This document shows, piece by piece, positions 47,501 through 58,839 of a stretch of DNA of 64,000 nucleotides. The first letter of the stretch is position 1, and every line of letters starts with the position of its first letter. The notes below the pieces were generated by a model that saw only the letters and a list, made by a program, of their open reading frames with translations, was not told the origin of the DNA and did no database searches. A program made the translations under genes and the position numbers. Origin of the DNA: Flectonema sp. DT1601 (taxonomy: Eukaryota); contig OZ025787.1 of the NCBI GenBank assembly GCA_964019425.1, positions 806,001 to 870,000 of the forward strand, written 5' to 3'.

Positions 47501-49719
47501 GAAGTCGGTGTAAGGGTCGGTATCGCTGTTGGAAGAGCAGTCGGTGCCGGAGTTGGAGGTGCTGGTGTTGGTGGTATTGGAGTTGGCACTGCAGTTGGTA
47601 CAAGCGTCGGTGGTGCTGGTGTGGCAGGTGCTGGTGTTGGTGGTACAGGAGTCGGTACAAGTGTTGGAATCGCCGTTGGAGGTGAAGGGGTTGGGGGAGC
47701 TAGTGTTGGCGGTGCCGGTGTAGGATCAGGTGCCCTCCATATTCTCAATCCGTCGCCCAACCCGAACACAAAATTAGACGATGCCAAGATGTCATTAATA
47801 ACAACATTGGTATATACCTTAGTCCCATGTAATGACATCGCTGACGGAGTAGTCGCCGTAATTCCGAAGAGTGATGACCCACCACCAGCAGCTACGTTGT
47901 TTGATGAAGTCGTAATCTTTGATGCGCTACCACCAATATTGAACGTTGAAAAAGACGTTGGAGAACCAACATTCGAAATATCAACAGCCTGGACTCCAGA
48001 AGAACCGACTGCGACATATGCAACATCACTAGTAGGGCTAATGATGACATCTAAAGCATTACTCGTTGTAATAAGTGTAGACACTAAAACTGGTGCTGTT
48101 GAGCTCAATATGTTAATCAGATGAAGACCACCTGAACCACAAGCAAGATATAAGTGTGGAGTCAAGTCTTGTTTGTAGGCAATCGATCTGCAATCACCAC
48201 CGAGCGATAATGTTCCTACGGATTGCAGAGTTGTTGGGACCTGGACATCGATAATCATCAAACCGTCAGTACCCGCAGCAACATATAAATATTTCTCATC
48301 ATCTGATAGAAGAATATCTCCAATATTAGCCATCGAGAAGGTTGACAGCTGCACCGCTGTTTGTTGTTGTTGAATAGAAATTATGAGATGATAATGGTAT
48401 TCATTTTTATATAAAGGATACACAAGACATACTAGTGATAGAGTTCAGAACATAAATCCTTCCTGACTGGACTATAAAAACTACGTTAGCTGTCGGGGAA
48501 TAAGAAGCCATCTCAGCATTTGAAAATAAAATTGATAAAGTAGGATTTAGAACAGTACTAGGTGATAATGTGTTGTAAACGTGTATTCCTGTGATCTGGT
48601 CAGTTGCAATGAGGTGATTTCCAGATGCTTTTTTTAGTGATACTCCGACAGAGACAGTTCGTAGTCCATTTCCTAGTTGAGGATTATCCGGTGTTGAAAT
48701 ATCAACAACCGCAAGACCCCCCCTGTTATCAGCAACGTATACTTTACTACCTATCAACACTAAGTGTTTTGCATCATCCAGTAGTATTGAGCTACCAACC
48801 TCTGTTGGAGTTGCTGTTTTTTTTTTTTTTTTTTTTTAATGTTTTTTTTTTTTTTTTTCTTCTCTATAATAACCACGAATAAAAACACACCTAACACCGA
48901 CATGTTAAGGACTGATAGTTTGTTACCATTTGCGACATAGGCGTATCCTCCAGAATGTACAGCATACTCGGCAGCTGAAGAAAAGCTTCCAAGATGTACA
49001 GGAGAAGATGGATTGTTAATATCAATCACATGTAGTCCCGAAGTAACAGACGCATATAACACTTCCTGAAGAGACGACGACAGAGAAATTGAGAATCCAC
49101 TTCCTATGAATGTCACTGTTGATAAATTAACAACAGCGCTTGGGATAGTAACATCGATAATCTTTAATCCGTCTGTTGTACTACAGAATGCAATGTTATT
49201 ATTGTTAACCACAACATCTTCTATGTCGTAGCTTGGTTGATCGAATCGTGATAGTAGAGAAGGTGATAATCGTGAACTCCAATCTACAATTTCTAAACCC
49301 TCACTTCCAACACAAATATAAAGAGTACTTCCTCTCATAAAAAGAGACAGAACTATTCCACCTGACACACTTGTTGTGTATGACGCAATTAGGTTTGGAG
49401 AACTTGGGTTAGAAACATCGATTAGCATAACAACAAAATCAATACTGAGATACACATCTGTTCCAACAGCTACTATCCCAGTCACATTTTTATCAAAACT
49501 AATATCATATTTAGATACCATAATTGGATCACCAGTAACATCTATGACATGTAACCCGCACCGAGTTCCAACATAAACATGAGTCCCTGTTAAGCTCTTA
49601 GTAACATGACTATACTCCCCTCCAAGGCAGCTCTCTTCAATTAAACCTCCCTCAACAGGTTTAAACCATATTATGTAGATAGTGAGTAATAGCCTCAAAG
49701 AAGACCAACATCCTTCCAT
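44503..49719 (-). CDS. Large surface receptor-like protein: signal peptide, LVIVD repeats, Pro/Thr mucin stalk, multi-TM domain and cytoplasmic tail; 3 exons (49719-48891, 48813-48433, 48356-44503), about 1687 aa
   Basis: LVIVD-type repeats (YVAAGTDGLMIIDV, YVADNRGGLAVVDISTPDNP, GLHVIDINNPSSP), PTPAP stalk, and about 7-8 hydrophobic helices (GAVVGNL..., LRFPS..., LFQG). Introns at 48814-48890 (GTGTGT...AAAAACAG) and 48357-48432 (GTATGT...CAAACAG) join three ORFs in frame. Confidence 0.85.
46930..47720 (-). repeat. Coding minisatellite, core unit 57 nt (PTPAPAPLTAIPTLTPTSV)
   Basis: ggtcggtatcgctgttagtggtgcaggtgctggggttggtactgaggttggtgtaag recurs with period 57 (for example 47164 and 47221), with degenerate flanking units. 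Confidence 0.9.
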
Positions 49720-49962
49720 GTGCCAGGGAGAATTGGAGTGGGAGGGGAGGAAAAACTGCAATGAAAATAATAATAATAGAAGGTAGCAATACCCTACTCA
49801 GTCTGAATATGAATACCAGCTGTTGATCTCCACCTCTGCTACAATAACATGGCGGATGAGACAGGTCTTGTCCCCGGGAGGGGAAAGACTGACAATTTTG
49901 TGTAAATGAAATATAAATGGTGTTCTTCTTATTAAGTTCCTCATAACTATCGAAGAGATACT

Positions 49963-50904
49963 TTAATCAAAATAATCATCAGAATCAGTTGCTTCTCCGT
50001 CACTCTCAGCATCCTCAGCCATGCTACTAATAGTTGCTGGCGTTGCGGGTTCTTTGTTTGCTATTTGTGGTGAATCTAATTTCGAACTTTGAAGTGAAAC
50101 ACTGCTGGGACTCTTACTAGTGACAGTGCTGTTCTTTGAGATTAACTTTTGTGCTTTCCGCTCTCGTCTGGTTTCCACTCTCTTAAGTTTACCATCTTCC
50201 TTAGTAGTGTCGAGTAATTCAACAGATGCTATAATTCCTTCCTCAATCTCATATAATTCCTCTCTAGTTGCAGTCAGGTAAGGAGTAACAATATTGCCAG
50301 GCGAGGGTTTATATGAAATCTTGTCAACTGATGATGATCGTCGGGTATTTAATAAAGTTGAGACTCTTCTCAGACGTCCAAAGACCTCTCGTGGATCACA
50401 GTAGAATCCAAGGTCATATTTATTTGTTAAGAAAGCGTATATGAATTTTAGTCTCATTTGGTCAGCGGTTGTTTCCAAAGCCTCGAGTTCTTCTTCTTGC
50501 TTTTTGATGATTCCATCAAAAACTATTTCTGATTCTCGGAGGGTATCTGCGCGTTCTTCGAGAAGTTTTAAATCAGCCCTCTTTTCTTTTTCCTCAATGT
50601 CTTGTCGAATTGTTTGATTCTTTAAAGAACTGCTTAAGTCTACTAATGCTCTTTCTGCTTGTGCTAATTTCAATGCAGTTTCATGTAGTCGGGTTCGTTC
50701 TCGTTCGTATCTTGCTTTCATCTCCAATTCTTTTCTCTTTCCATCTGCTGCTCTCATTACTGTTGACTGAACAGTTCTGCCACTCATCCTTGTTGCTTCA
50801 CTTCTAGCCATTGAATCAGATTTACTGTAACTGGTAGTTCCAGTAACGACACTACTAAGTGTTTCAGCAACACTGTGGCTGTGCTCTTGTTTTCTCTTTC
50901 TCAT
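49963..50904 (-). CDS. Hypothetical coiled-coil protein
   Basis: 313-aa ORF with a heptad-rich E/K/R middle and acidic tail. A possible 5'UTR intron lies at 50918-51006 (GTAAGT...ACTAACACAAG). Confidence 0.75.
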   Translation of the reverse strand: MRKRKQEHSHSVAETLSSVVTGTTSYSKSDSMARSEATRMSGRTVQSTVMRAADGKRKELEMKARYERERTRLHETALKLAQAERALVDLSSSLKNQTIRQDIEEKEKRADLKLLEERADTLRESEIVFDGIIKKQEEELEALETTADQMRLKFIYAFLTNKYDLGFYCDPREVFGRLRRVSTLLNTRRSSSVDKISYKPSPGNIVTPYLTATREELYEIEEGIIASVELLDTTKEDGKLKRVETRRERKAQKLISKNSTVTSKSPSSVSLQSSKLDSPQIANKEPATPATISSMAEDAESDGEATDSDDYFD

Positions 50905-51690
50905 ATTGTTTTAATCCCTTGTGTTAGTCTAACAAATGGATTATGAGACAAATAATTTTTATTTTATCTTATTTTATTATGTCGATAAGTTCTAATAACA
51001 ACTTACCATATCTCTATGTTGTTGTACTGTTTGAAGTGGTGTAGTTTATCATCGCGGAAACAACAGGAAAAAAAAATTCTTTTTTAAAAGAGAAATAAAG
51101 ACAAAGCTATTCTAACGAAGCGATTATAAGATCTAAACCTTTGGGGAGAGAGAGGGAATCAAAAGGAAAACGAAATGGGAAATGGAAAAGTTGCTGCCAC
51201 TCCTAAAGAAGAAGAAAAGACACCGATTAAATTTTGGGTGAATACATTCTAACTAAAACAAGGCTCCTAAAGAAACATTGCTGTCGGTCACAATAAAACA
51301 AGCTACACTACGAATATGCAAAGCGTAAAGAAAAGTAAAATTCACACATCAGATGTCTTGGTGTAGTAGTAGAAAACAGTCACTCTTACATACATACATA
51401 TATCAAAAGTGATTTAAGAAAAAAAATTGGAAGCCTTTTGAGAATTTGGAAGTCATTTCTAACACAGTCGAGAGAGAAAATAAAAAAAACACACAATTTT
51501 TTTATGAAAATTGAAACATAAAAAGGGGGAAAAGAGAAACAGTGCGTAAACATTTCACAACGCCGATGAACAGAGTCACGGGCATTTAAAAAAAAAGAAA
51601 AGATCTAACGTAACATAATAGGCAATCAAAACGAATATAAAAACAGGAAACAAATCCCTTTTTTTTTTTTTTTAAAAAACGGCAACCAAA

Positions 51691-54600
51691 CTAAACTCCA
51701 CCTTGCCTCCATGCAGCCTTTGCGCTCCTGGAACGAAGATACTTTGGAACCTCATCGTCGGTCTTCTCTCTGAGATGTTTCTTACTGAGATCAGAGACGT
51801 GTGTCATCACAGACTGGAAGGATTCACCACCGCCACGGGAAGTAGCAGATGGTGATTTTGATTTCCTGCTAGACGATGATGTAAAGGAGCGAGTATTATG
51901 AAGTTTCTCAGTTATCTGTTGAGGTATTGTCGATCTACCTTCTTGACGAAGAGCTGAGGCAGAAGACGGAAGAGATGACAATGACGCGTCATCAGCAACA
52001 TCTGATCCCACTGATCCCGACACTCCCCGAGGAGTAATAAACGAACCCCCAACTGGAGTAGTTGGAGGTGTGTCGTGAATATCTGACGTCAGAGCACTTG
52101 ATAAAACTTGCATTCGAGATTTCAGTGTTTTTATTTGACGAGATTGCTGGGTCATTATGAGATCTTTTTCACGAACTCGAGCATTCAACTGACGATTACG
52201 AGAACGTTCTGTTGAGATCGCCTCTTCTGCCGCACGAAGTAATCGCTTTGTTGATAATGAAATGGGTTCCCCAATAGAACTCAAACTACAATCATCTGTC
52301 GATTGAAAGTCATCAGCAATCGTATCAGGAGAACGTTCTGATAGTAATCCTTCTAAGTCACCTGTGGAGTAGTTGAAATCACTGTTGTGAAGTAGTTGAT
52401 ATTCTAACTGTCTTCTTGGAGCTGTTTCCTTTTCCTTTATCGTCAGCTCACTTGTTTCTAAGAGACTGTTCTCTGCTGAACGAAGGCTCTTCAACTCCTC
52501 AACTACATCATCCCTCTCCTTCTGAACAGTTTCAAGTTCCATTTTCCCCTCTTCATGTTGACATCTAATTGTTTGTAATTCTGTGATGGTGTGCTGTCTT
52601 TCTTTTTCGTAAGATTTTAGTTTCTTTTGTAGACAGTCTTGGTCTTTTATTGATTGTTGGAGGAGTCGCATTTCACTGTCGCGCTGTTTGATTACTTTTT
52701 TAAGATTTCGCAAATCAGTTCGAAGGTCCTCAGCTTCATCGGAATAATCAGATTCGTTGTTTTGTTGTTTTATCTGAAGAGCTTCCAGCTGCGATGAAAT
52801 TATTTTATTTTGTGACTCTAAGTGAGTTACTTCATTCTCTCTCTCGTTTGCTAATTTTTTAAGTTGCGTCTGCATGTTGTAAACGTCTTCTTCTAACCTT
52901 TCAATCTCATCTTGTTTATCTGTGTTGTTTGTCACTGCTTCAAGTTGTTGATGTAGTTGATTGTTAGTTTCATTTTCACTGTCTAAAGCAGTTTGAAGTT
53001 TTCTACAATCAGATCGTAATCTTGCAATGTGTTGTTGGCTGTCTCTCGTTAAGACGCTGATGTTGTTTTGAAGTTGTTCATTTTGTTGATTGAGAGCATT
53101 CTTATTTGATTGGAGTTCAGAGAGTTGAGTTTGATATTCTGATAAATCGTTTTGTGATATCACTTGTTTGAGATCTGCTGACTTTGACTTTTCAGTTGTA
53201 AGTTCCTTCTCAAGCATTCGACAATCAGTTCTAAGTTCATTAACTTGTTCGTGTAGTGATGCAGTTTCTGTATTGTTTTCTGCGTTATGAATTTCTTTTA
53301 TTCTTGACAGCTGCAATCGAAGATCATCAGCCTCTGAAGACAAAGTTTTATTTTGATTAACAACACCTTCCATTGACTTATTATGGATATCAGTTATTTG
53401 TTGAACGTGAGATTGTAACTTCTCTACTTCATCTGTTTGCGTGTTGAATCTATTTTTGAGATCGCTCTTCTCTTGTTTGATCCATTTCCGTTCTGTCTGT
53501 AGATCTAATATCTCCCTTTGATTTGTTTTAATTATTTCATTTAATTGAAGAATCTCAGACTTTGATTCCGAGGAATGCGTTGGTAAAAGGTCCTTTAAAG
53601 AACTAACCTCAGCTGCTAGGTAGTCTCGTTCATCTTTTATGGAACGAGTCTCTTCTTGAATATATGTTTCTGCCTTTTCGAGCTGTCTTGTTAGATCTTT
53701 AACATCCCGTAACAGGTCATCCCGTTCTCGTAATAGAGATGCAGATTTTTGTGGTGTTCTTTGAAGTCTTTCACTTTGAAGTATCCTTTCCAATTTATCA
53801 TTATCTCTTTTAACCATTTGGAGTTCCTCTTTTATTCTCTTAGTGGTTTTATCCATGTCAGATATTTCACATTGCAAGCACTCTTTTTCTTCAACAGCTA
53901 ACTCACCCTTAGCGACTTGTATTGTTAACGACTCATGTGATGCTTTGAGTGTTTCATTTGCTTTGGTTTGAGTGTTGAGTAAGTCTTGTAGCTGTATCAC
54001 TTTTGATTCATTGTTGTTATCTATCTTATTGTGTAGTAGATCGCATTCTTTTTGAACATCAAACAACTCTTCTTTAAGACAATCTCGTTCTTCAATAGCA
54101 ATTTGTAATTCGTGTTGTTCATCAACGTTGTCAGATTGTAACTTTAACTTCAATTGGTCAATCTCACATTGAAGAGTATCAACGCGGTGATTACTTTCTT
54201 CTAAAGCAGATCGTAAATCATCAGCTTCCTTAACACTTGGATTGTGTTGGTGTGAACCATTTTGAAGTTGTTGATGTAATTCTAACTGTAAATGATTGAT
54301 TTCATATTCTAATCCTTCAGTGTGAAGAGTTTCTTCATCTAAAGCAGTCTGTAGGTTGGTAACTTGAATCTTGAAGTTCTCACATTCAGAAGTCATATTT
54401 TTCAATCCTAATTTTGTACTTGTGAGGTGTTGAGTTAGTTCACTGATTTCACTCTCCTGCTGTGATTTTGTTGTTGAATGCATTGCTTCCATTGACTCGA
54501 TCTGATGGCGTAAATCAGGATTCTCATGCGTCGTATTCTCAAGCTCTGTACGTATGGAATCGCGTTCTTCAGTGACGGATAGTATTTCTGATTGTAAGTT

Positions 54601-57600
54601 TGAAAGTTGTGATTGCAGCTCATCGACCTGGTGGTTTTTAAGTTGACTGTCAATTAGTTGCTTTGCGTCATCGAGTTCAATTTGAAGAACTTCCTGCTGC
54701 TGTTTTGATGATTCCAAGTCAGCGAGTAACTGACGTCTCTCTGAGTGAACACTTTCGAGTTCTTTCTTATCAGCTTTCTCTCGTTTTGTTATTGTCGTCA
54801 GTTCGATGTTCAGATCTTCCAGCTGTCGGTTCAGATCATCTTGTGGCTTTAACTGTCTTGTGAGGTCTTCTAATTCTTTTGTTAAGAAGTCTTGCTCTTT
54901 AAGATGATTAGTATTTTGTTGTTTCATTTGATGAGTCAAGGAATCCAATTCAACTTGTAAGCAGTCTCGTTCAGCTGCAATAGTATTGTCGGTATTGAGA
55001 TCGTCTAATTGTTGTTTTAGTGTGTCTCGTTCTTTTGTTATTTCTGAAATCGAGTTGTTGCTGCTGTCAATTGATTGCAATTTCTGAGTTAAGGATGCGA
55101 CTTCTCGTCGGAGGAATTCTCTATCTTGTTTTAGATCGGAGTCACCAGATAGTTCCCTCTCTGAATGGAGTTGTTGTGTCAGATGATCAACTTCCTGTCT
55201 GAGATATTTGCGTTCCTCTCTCAGTTCTGACATCTCCGCGGCAACATCATCAGGATTCGAACTTGAAGCGAGGAGTTGTCCCGTCAGCTCATCAACTTCA
55301 TGTCTTAAGTAACTTCTCTCTTCTTTTAACTCTTCGATTTCAGCCGACTCATTCTCAGGTTTGTTCTGCAGCTGTTTAACTAAGTGATCGATTTCCTGTC
55401 GTAAATATATTCTCTCTTCTTCTAAATGAGCGATCTGTTCCTTTTGAAGAGGGAGATCAATACAGTCTGGATCTGTCTCAGTGTCTGACATCTTACCTGT
55501 TGGTTCTTCAAAAGAGATACTGTTGTCACTTGGTAGTTGTTTTTCATCGTGCTGTTGATGTTGTTGTTCTTGCTGCTGCTGGTGTGTATTGTTGAGTGTT
55601 AGCAACTCTGCTTTCAATGATTTAAGTTGTTTTTGAAGGCTGTCACGCTCACCGGCTATCAGATTCGTTGAATTTGAATGTTTTTCTTCTAATTCAGTAA
55701 TAAGTATTGAAGAGGATCGCTCACTTTCCTTTTTATGAGCTTCCAGAGCATCTACTTCGCTACGAAGGTATTCGCGTTCTTCCTTGAGCTCGGTAATTAT
55801 TTTTGAGGTTTTAAGACATTTAGCATCCTGCATTTCTGATTTCAATGCTGCCTCGCGGATATCGCTTTCATGCTTTTGCTGTTCCAGAAGACTGACTTCA
55901 CTGCGAAGATAGTCTCGTTCTTCTTGTAGGTCAGCCACAGTATTCCGATTTGTTTCCTGTTGAAGTATCTCAAGTTGTTTTGATATAGCGTCTAATTCAC
56001 TTCTAAGATCCCTTCGCTCTTCTTTCAGATCATTTATTATCAACTCAGAATGTTTATCCTTCTTTGAGGATGACTGACGAGATTCTACTTCCTGTTTGTA
56101 GATCTGCAGCTGTCGAGAAGAAGTAGCTGCCTGTTGTGACAATGCGTCGACTTCATTGCGGAGGTAGTCACGTTCTTCTTGGAGGTCATTAATTAATAAA
56201 ATAGATTCTGATTCTGATTTATTCAACTCACCTGATTCTGTCTCATGTTTGTAGCGCTGCAGTGATTGCAACTGTTTAGATGAAACAGCTACTTGTTGTG
56301 ATAAAACGTCGACTTCGTCTCGAAGGTAGTCGCGCTCCTCTCGTAGGTCGGAGATAATTTCAGATTCTTGTTGAGAATTATTTTGATCAGAGAGTTTATT
56401 TTTGAGAGATATCTCTCGGGATTCACTGGCTGCCTTGTATTGTTGTAGAACTTCAATTTGTCGTAAGAGTTCAGAAGCAGAAGATCCACTGCCTTGCATT
56501 ATACGAACATCATCTGTGGATTTAACGGTAGCGTTTTGAGTTTCTAAATTAGAAACCTTCTGACGCAGATCTTTTACTTCACGAGATTTTTCACAAACAT
56601 CAGCGAGAGACTTCTTTAACTCTCTGCGGTTCTCAGTCAATTGTGTTGTGAGTTCTTTTTCCAATTCTGACTGATCCCCACTTTGAGAAAGCTGTTGTTC
56701 TAAATGAGAGATGACATCCTTCTGCTCATTCACTTCTCTTATTTTTAATTGGAGTGCTGCTTTGGTATCGGAGTTTTGGTTGTTGTCATTCTTGTGTTGG
56801 TCGACTTGTTTTTGTAGCATTTCAAGTTCGTATTGTAATTCTTCGATGATGTCTTTGTGTTCGTTTGATTCTCTGAATAGTTCTGCCTCGCGGTCGTGAG
56901 TTCGTAATAACTCCTCTTGTACTTCTGTTAAGAGAGCTGTTTTTGATTGAAGGCTGTTATGAACATTGTCTTGCTGAGATAGCTGTTGCTCTAATGTTGT
57001 TATGCTTGATGTCGCTTTTATAAAGCAATTTTCAGAATGAGAAAGTTGTCCTCGGAGTTTTTCTATTTCATTTTCAGCCGTAGTACTATTTGTTAGTATT
57101 TGTTGTTGGCAATTTTCGTATTTCTCATTTAAGCTTTCTAGTTGTAGTGTCAACTCTGTTATTTGATTCGTCCTCGACTTTGCAATTTGTTTCTGTTCCT
57201 CGACCTCAACAGTTAGAGTTTCTTTGTCACAAAGTCTATTCTTGTATTCACTTAGATGATTTAATAATATTTTCTTTTCACCAACTAATTCGGATATCTT
57301 TTCTTCCAAGAGGTCAGTGTTACTATTGTTTACCGTGGTTAATAAATTATTATTTTCGTAGGAAATAGTTTTTAACCTTGATTCCAATTGATGAATTTGA
57401 CTCGCAGACGTCTGACTAGAGACTTCAAGATCTTCTCTTGCCTGTGAAATAATATTACGCTCATGAGTAAGAGCTTTTATTTTTGATTCCAAGTGTTGGA
57501 TTTCATTGGAAGATGTGATTGACAAAGTCTTTAACTCTGACTGTAATTGAAGTTCTAAAGGTTCAGGGGATCCAAGTTGGTTTTGGTAACGCTGAAGTTG

Positions 57601-58839
57601 TTTTCTTAGAAGTTCAATTTCTTGAGTCTTACTTCTCGCATCGTCTCTTGCCTTCGATAAGTCAGCTCTTATTACAGCAAATGACACATCAGTTTCCCTA
57701 AGCTGTCTCGCATCTTTCTTACTAGTGTTTGCCGCAAGGTATGCATCTCTTTCTGCACGTGCAGTGGATAGGTTACTCAAAGCTTTTTCAAGTTGACTTT
57801 TTAAAGATTCGTTGTGTTCTTCTAATGATGTTAAAGACAGTTGCAGGCTGCTGGGTGAACCTTCTCTCGGTTCTGAAATTTCTCTTTTTGCACTTCGTAA
57901 AAGAGATTCAAGCTTTTCTCTTTGAGTTGATTCTTTAACAAGCTGCTGCTGCAAAGTCTGTTGCAAGAATGATTGACGTTCTAGTTCACGACGTAGCTCT
58001 GGTGCTTCGTCTGTTGCTGAAACAATTTCTTTCATAGTTTCTATTTCTAATTCAACAGACTGCTGTCTCTTTACAATACTTCCAACAAAAGAATCAATAA
58101 TTGCTACCACACCTTTATGGTATTCGTTAATAACATTTCCTCTTGACATTGATTCTTCCAAGTTTGCTGTTTGAATTGTTTTATTACGACGTTCAGAGTC
58201 ACATTCTGATAATAAGAATTTATTTTGTGCTTCCAATTGTTTCATTTGTGACATCATTATTCCCTTCATACGAGTGCTGTTAAGAGCTTCTGCTTCTCTT
58301 GCTTTGAGAGCGTCTTTCAAGGTACTCATCTGATCTGTTGAACCACAACTAGAACGTGTTGAACGACGTTGGATTGGTCTTGTTGGTGTTAATGGCGTGT
58401 CAGTTGGAGGCGACACTTCCATGTTGTTCGTGTCCTGACTCGTCGCTGGTGATGCGAGGAGAACTTTAGCATTCGGCGACTTCTTTTTAATAAATCGTCG
58501 AATGCGACCCTTCTCAAGTCGCGGAGGAGGATTTATAAAAGTATCAGAACTGCTACACCTCGCAGACATGTCATCTGTTTCAACAGCGTCAGGTTCGGCG
58601 ACAGTCTCACTTTCACTATTTGACATAACGGCTGTCGTTGGTAGTGAAGTACTCTCAGTTATCTTATGAGTTATTTGATTCGTATTTGCATTCAGCTGAC
58701 GCAATACTTGTGGAGGTGGAGTCCAACTTAATCGCCTCGCAACAGGAGACGGTGATCCCAATCTTCCAAGGTCTTTCCTCCTACGTGGTCTTCTTCCCGT
58801 GCTCTCAGTCGGTACTAAGAGCGGGGAATCGTAATTCAT
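51691..58839 (-). CDS. Giant intronless coiled-coil protein (2382 aa) with internal L.EER.YLR.EVD.L repeats; probably cytoskeletal or scaffold
   Basis: 7.1-kb ORF, L/E/Q/K heptads throughout, and disordered S/P-rich termini. Confidence 0.88.
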   Translation of the reverse strand: MNYDSPLLVPTESTGRRPRRRKDLGRLGSPSPVARRLSWTPPPQVLRQLNANTNQITHKITESTSLPTTAVMSNSESETVAEPDAVETDDMSARCSSSDTFINPPPRLEKGRIRRFIKKKSPNAKVLLASPATSQDTNNMEVSPPTDTPLTPTRPIQRRSTRSSCGSTDQMSTLKDALKAREAEALNSTRMKGIMMSQMKQLEAQNKFLLSECDSERRNKTIQTANLEESMSRGNVINEYHKGVVAIIDSFVGSIVKRQQSVELEIETMKEIVSATDEAPELRRELERQSFLQQTLQQQLVKESTQREKLESLLRSAKREISEPREGSPSSLQLSLTSLEEHNESLKSQLEKALSNLSTARAERDAYLAANTSKKDARQLRETDVSFAVIRADLSKARDDARSKTQEIELLRKQLQRYQNQLGSPEPLELQLQSELKTLSITSSNEIQHLESKIKALTHERNIISQAREDLEVSSQTSASQIHQLESRLKTISYENNNLLTTVNNSNTDLLEEKISELVGEKKILLNHLSEYKNRLCDKETLTVEVEEQKQIAKSRTNQITELTLQLESLNEKYENCQQQILTNSTTAENEIEKLRGQLSHSENCFIKATSSITTLEQQLSQQDNVHNSLQSKTALLTEVQEELLRTHDREAELFRESNEHKDIIEELQYELEMLQKQVDQHKNDNNQNSDTKAALQLKIREVNEQKDVISHLEQQLSQSGDQSELEKELTTQLTENRRELKKSLADVCEKSREVKDLRQKVSNLETQNATVKSTDDVRIMQGSGSSASELLRQIEVLQQYKAASESREISLKNKLSDQNNSQQESEIISDLREERDYLRDEVDVLSQQVAVSSKQLQSLQRYKHETESGELNKSESESILLINDLQEERDYLRNEVDALSQQAATSSRQLQIYKQEVESRQSSSKKDKHSELIINDLKEERRDLRSELDAISKQLEILQQETNRNTVADLQEERDYLRSEVSLLEQQKHESDIREAALKSEMQDAKCLKTSKIITELKEEREYLRSEVDALEAHKKESERSSSILITELEEKHSNSTNLIAGERDSLQKQLKSLKAELLTLNNTHQQQQEQQHQQHDEKQLPSDNSISFEEPTGKMSDTETDPDCIDLPLQKEQIAHLEEERIYLRQEIDHLVKQLQNKPENESAEIEELKEERSYLRHEVDELTGQLLASSSNPDDVAAEMSELREERKYLRQEVDHLTQQLHSERELSGDSDLKQDREFLRREVASLTQKLQSIDSSNNSISEITKERDTLKQQLDDLNTDNTIAAERDCLQVELDSLTHQMKQQNTNHLKEQDFLTKELEDLTRQLKPQDDLNRQLEDLNIELTTITKREKADKKELESVHSERRQLLADLESSKQQQEVLQIELDDAKQLIDSQLKNHQVDELQSQLSNLQSEILSVTEERDSIRTELENTTHENPDLRHQIESMEAMHSTTKSQQESEISELTQHLTSTKLGLKNMTSECENFKIQVTNLQTALDEETLHTEGLEYEINHLQLELHQQLQNGSHQHNPSVKEADDLRSALEESNHRVDTLQCEIDQLKLKLQSDNVDEQHELQIAIEERDCLKEELFDVQKECDLLHNKIDNNNESKVIQLQDLLNTQTKANETLKASHESLTIQVAKGELAVEEKECLQCEISDMDKTTKRIKEELQMVKRDNDKLERILQSERLQRTPQKSASLLRERDDLLRDVKDLTRQLEKAETYIQEETRSIKDERDYLAAEVSSLKDLLPTHSSESKSEILQLNEIIKTNQREILDLQTERKWIKQEKSDLKNRFNTQTDEVEKLQSHVQQITDIHNKSMEGVVNQNKTLSSEADDLRLQLSRIKEIHNAENNTETASLHEQVNELRTDCRMLEKELTTEKSKSADLKQVISQNDLSEYQTQLSELQSNKNALNQQNEQLQNNISVLTRDSQQHIARLRSDCRKLQTALDSENETNNQLHQQLEAVTNNTDKQDEIERLEEDVYNMQTQLKKLANERENEVTHLESQNKIISSQLEALQIKQQNNESDYSDEAEDLRTDLRNLKKVIKQRDSEMRLLQQSIKDQDCLQKKLKSYEKERQHTITELQTIRCQHEEGKMELETVQKERDDVVEELKSLRSAENSLLETSELTIKEKETAPRRQLEYQLLHNSDFNYSTGDLEGLLSERSPDTIADDFQSTDDCSLSSIGEPISLSTKRLLRAAEEAISTERSRNRQLNARVREKDLIMTQQSRQIKTLKSRMQVLSSALTSDIHDTPPTTPVGGSFITPRGVSGSVGSDVADDASLSSLPSSASALRQEGRSTIPQQITEKLHNTRSFTSSSSRKSKSPSATSRGGGESFQSVMTHVSDLSKKHLREKTDDEVPKYLRSRSAKAAWRQGGV

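Noticed and set aside
46577..48124. 515-aa Gly/Val/Ala-rich plus-strand ORF
   Set aside because: It is the antisense shadow of the Pro/Thr minisatellite in the minus-strand gene. The repeat lacks stops in that frame and there is no independent evidence.
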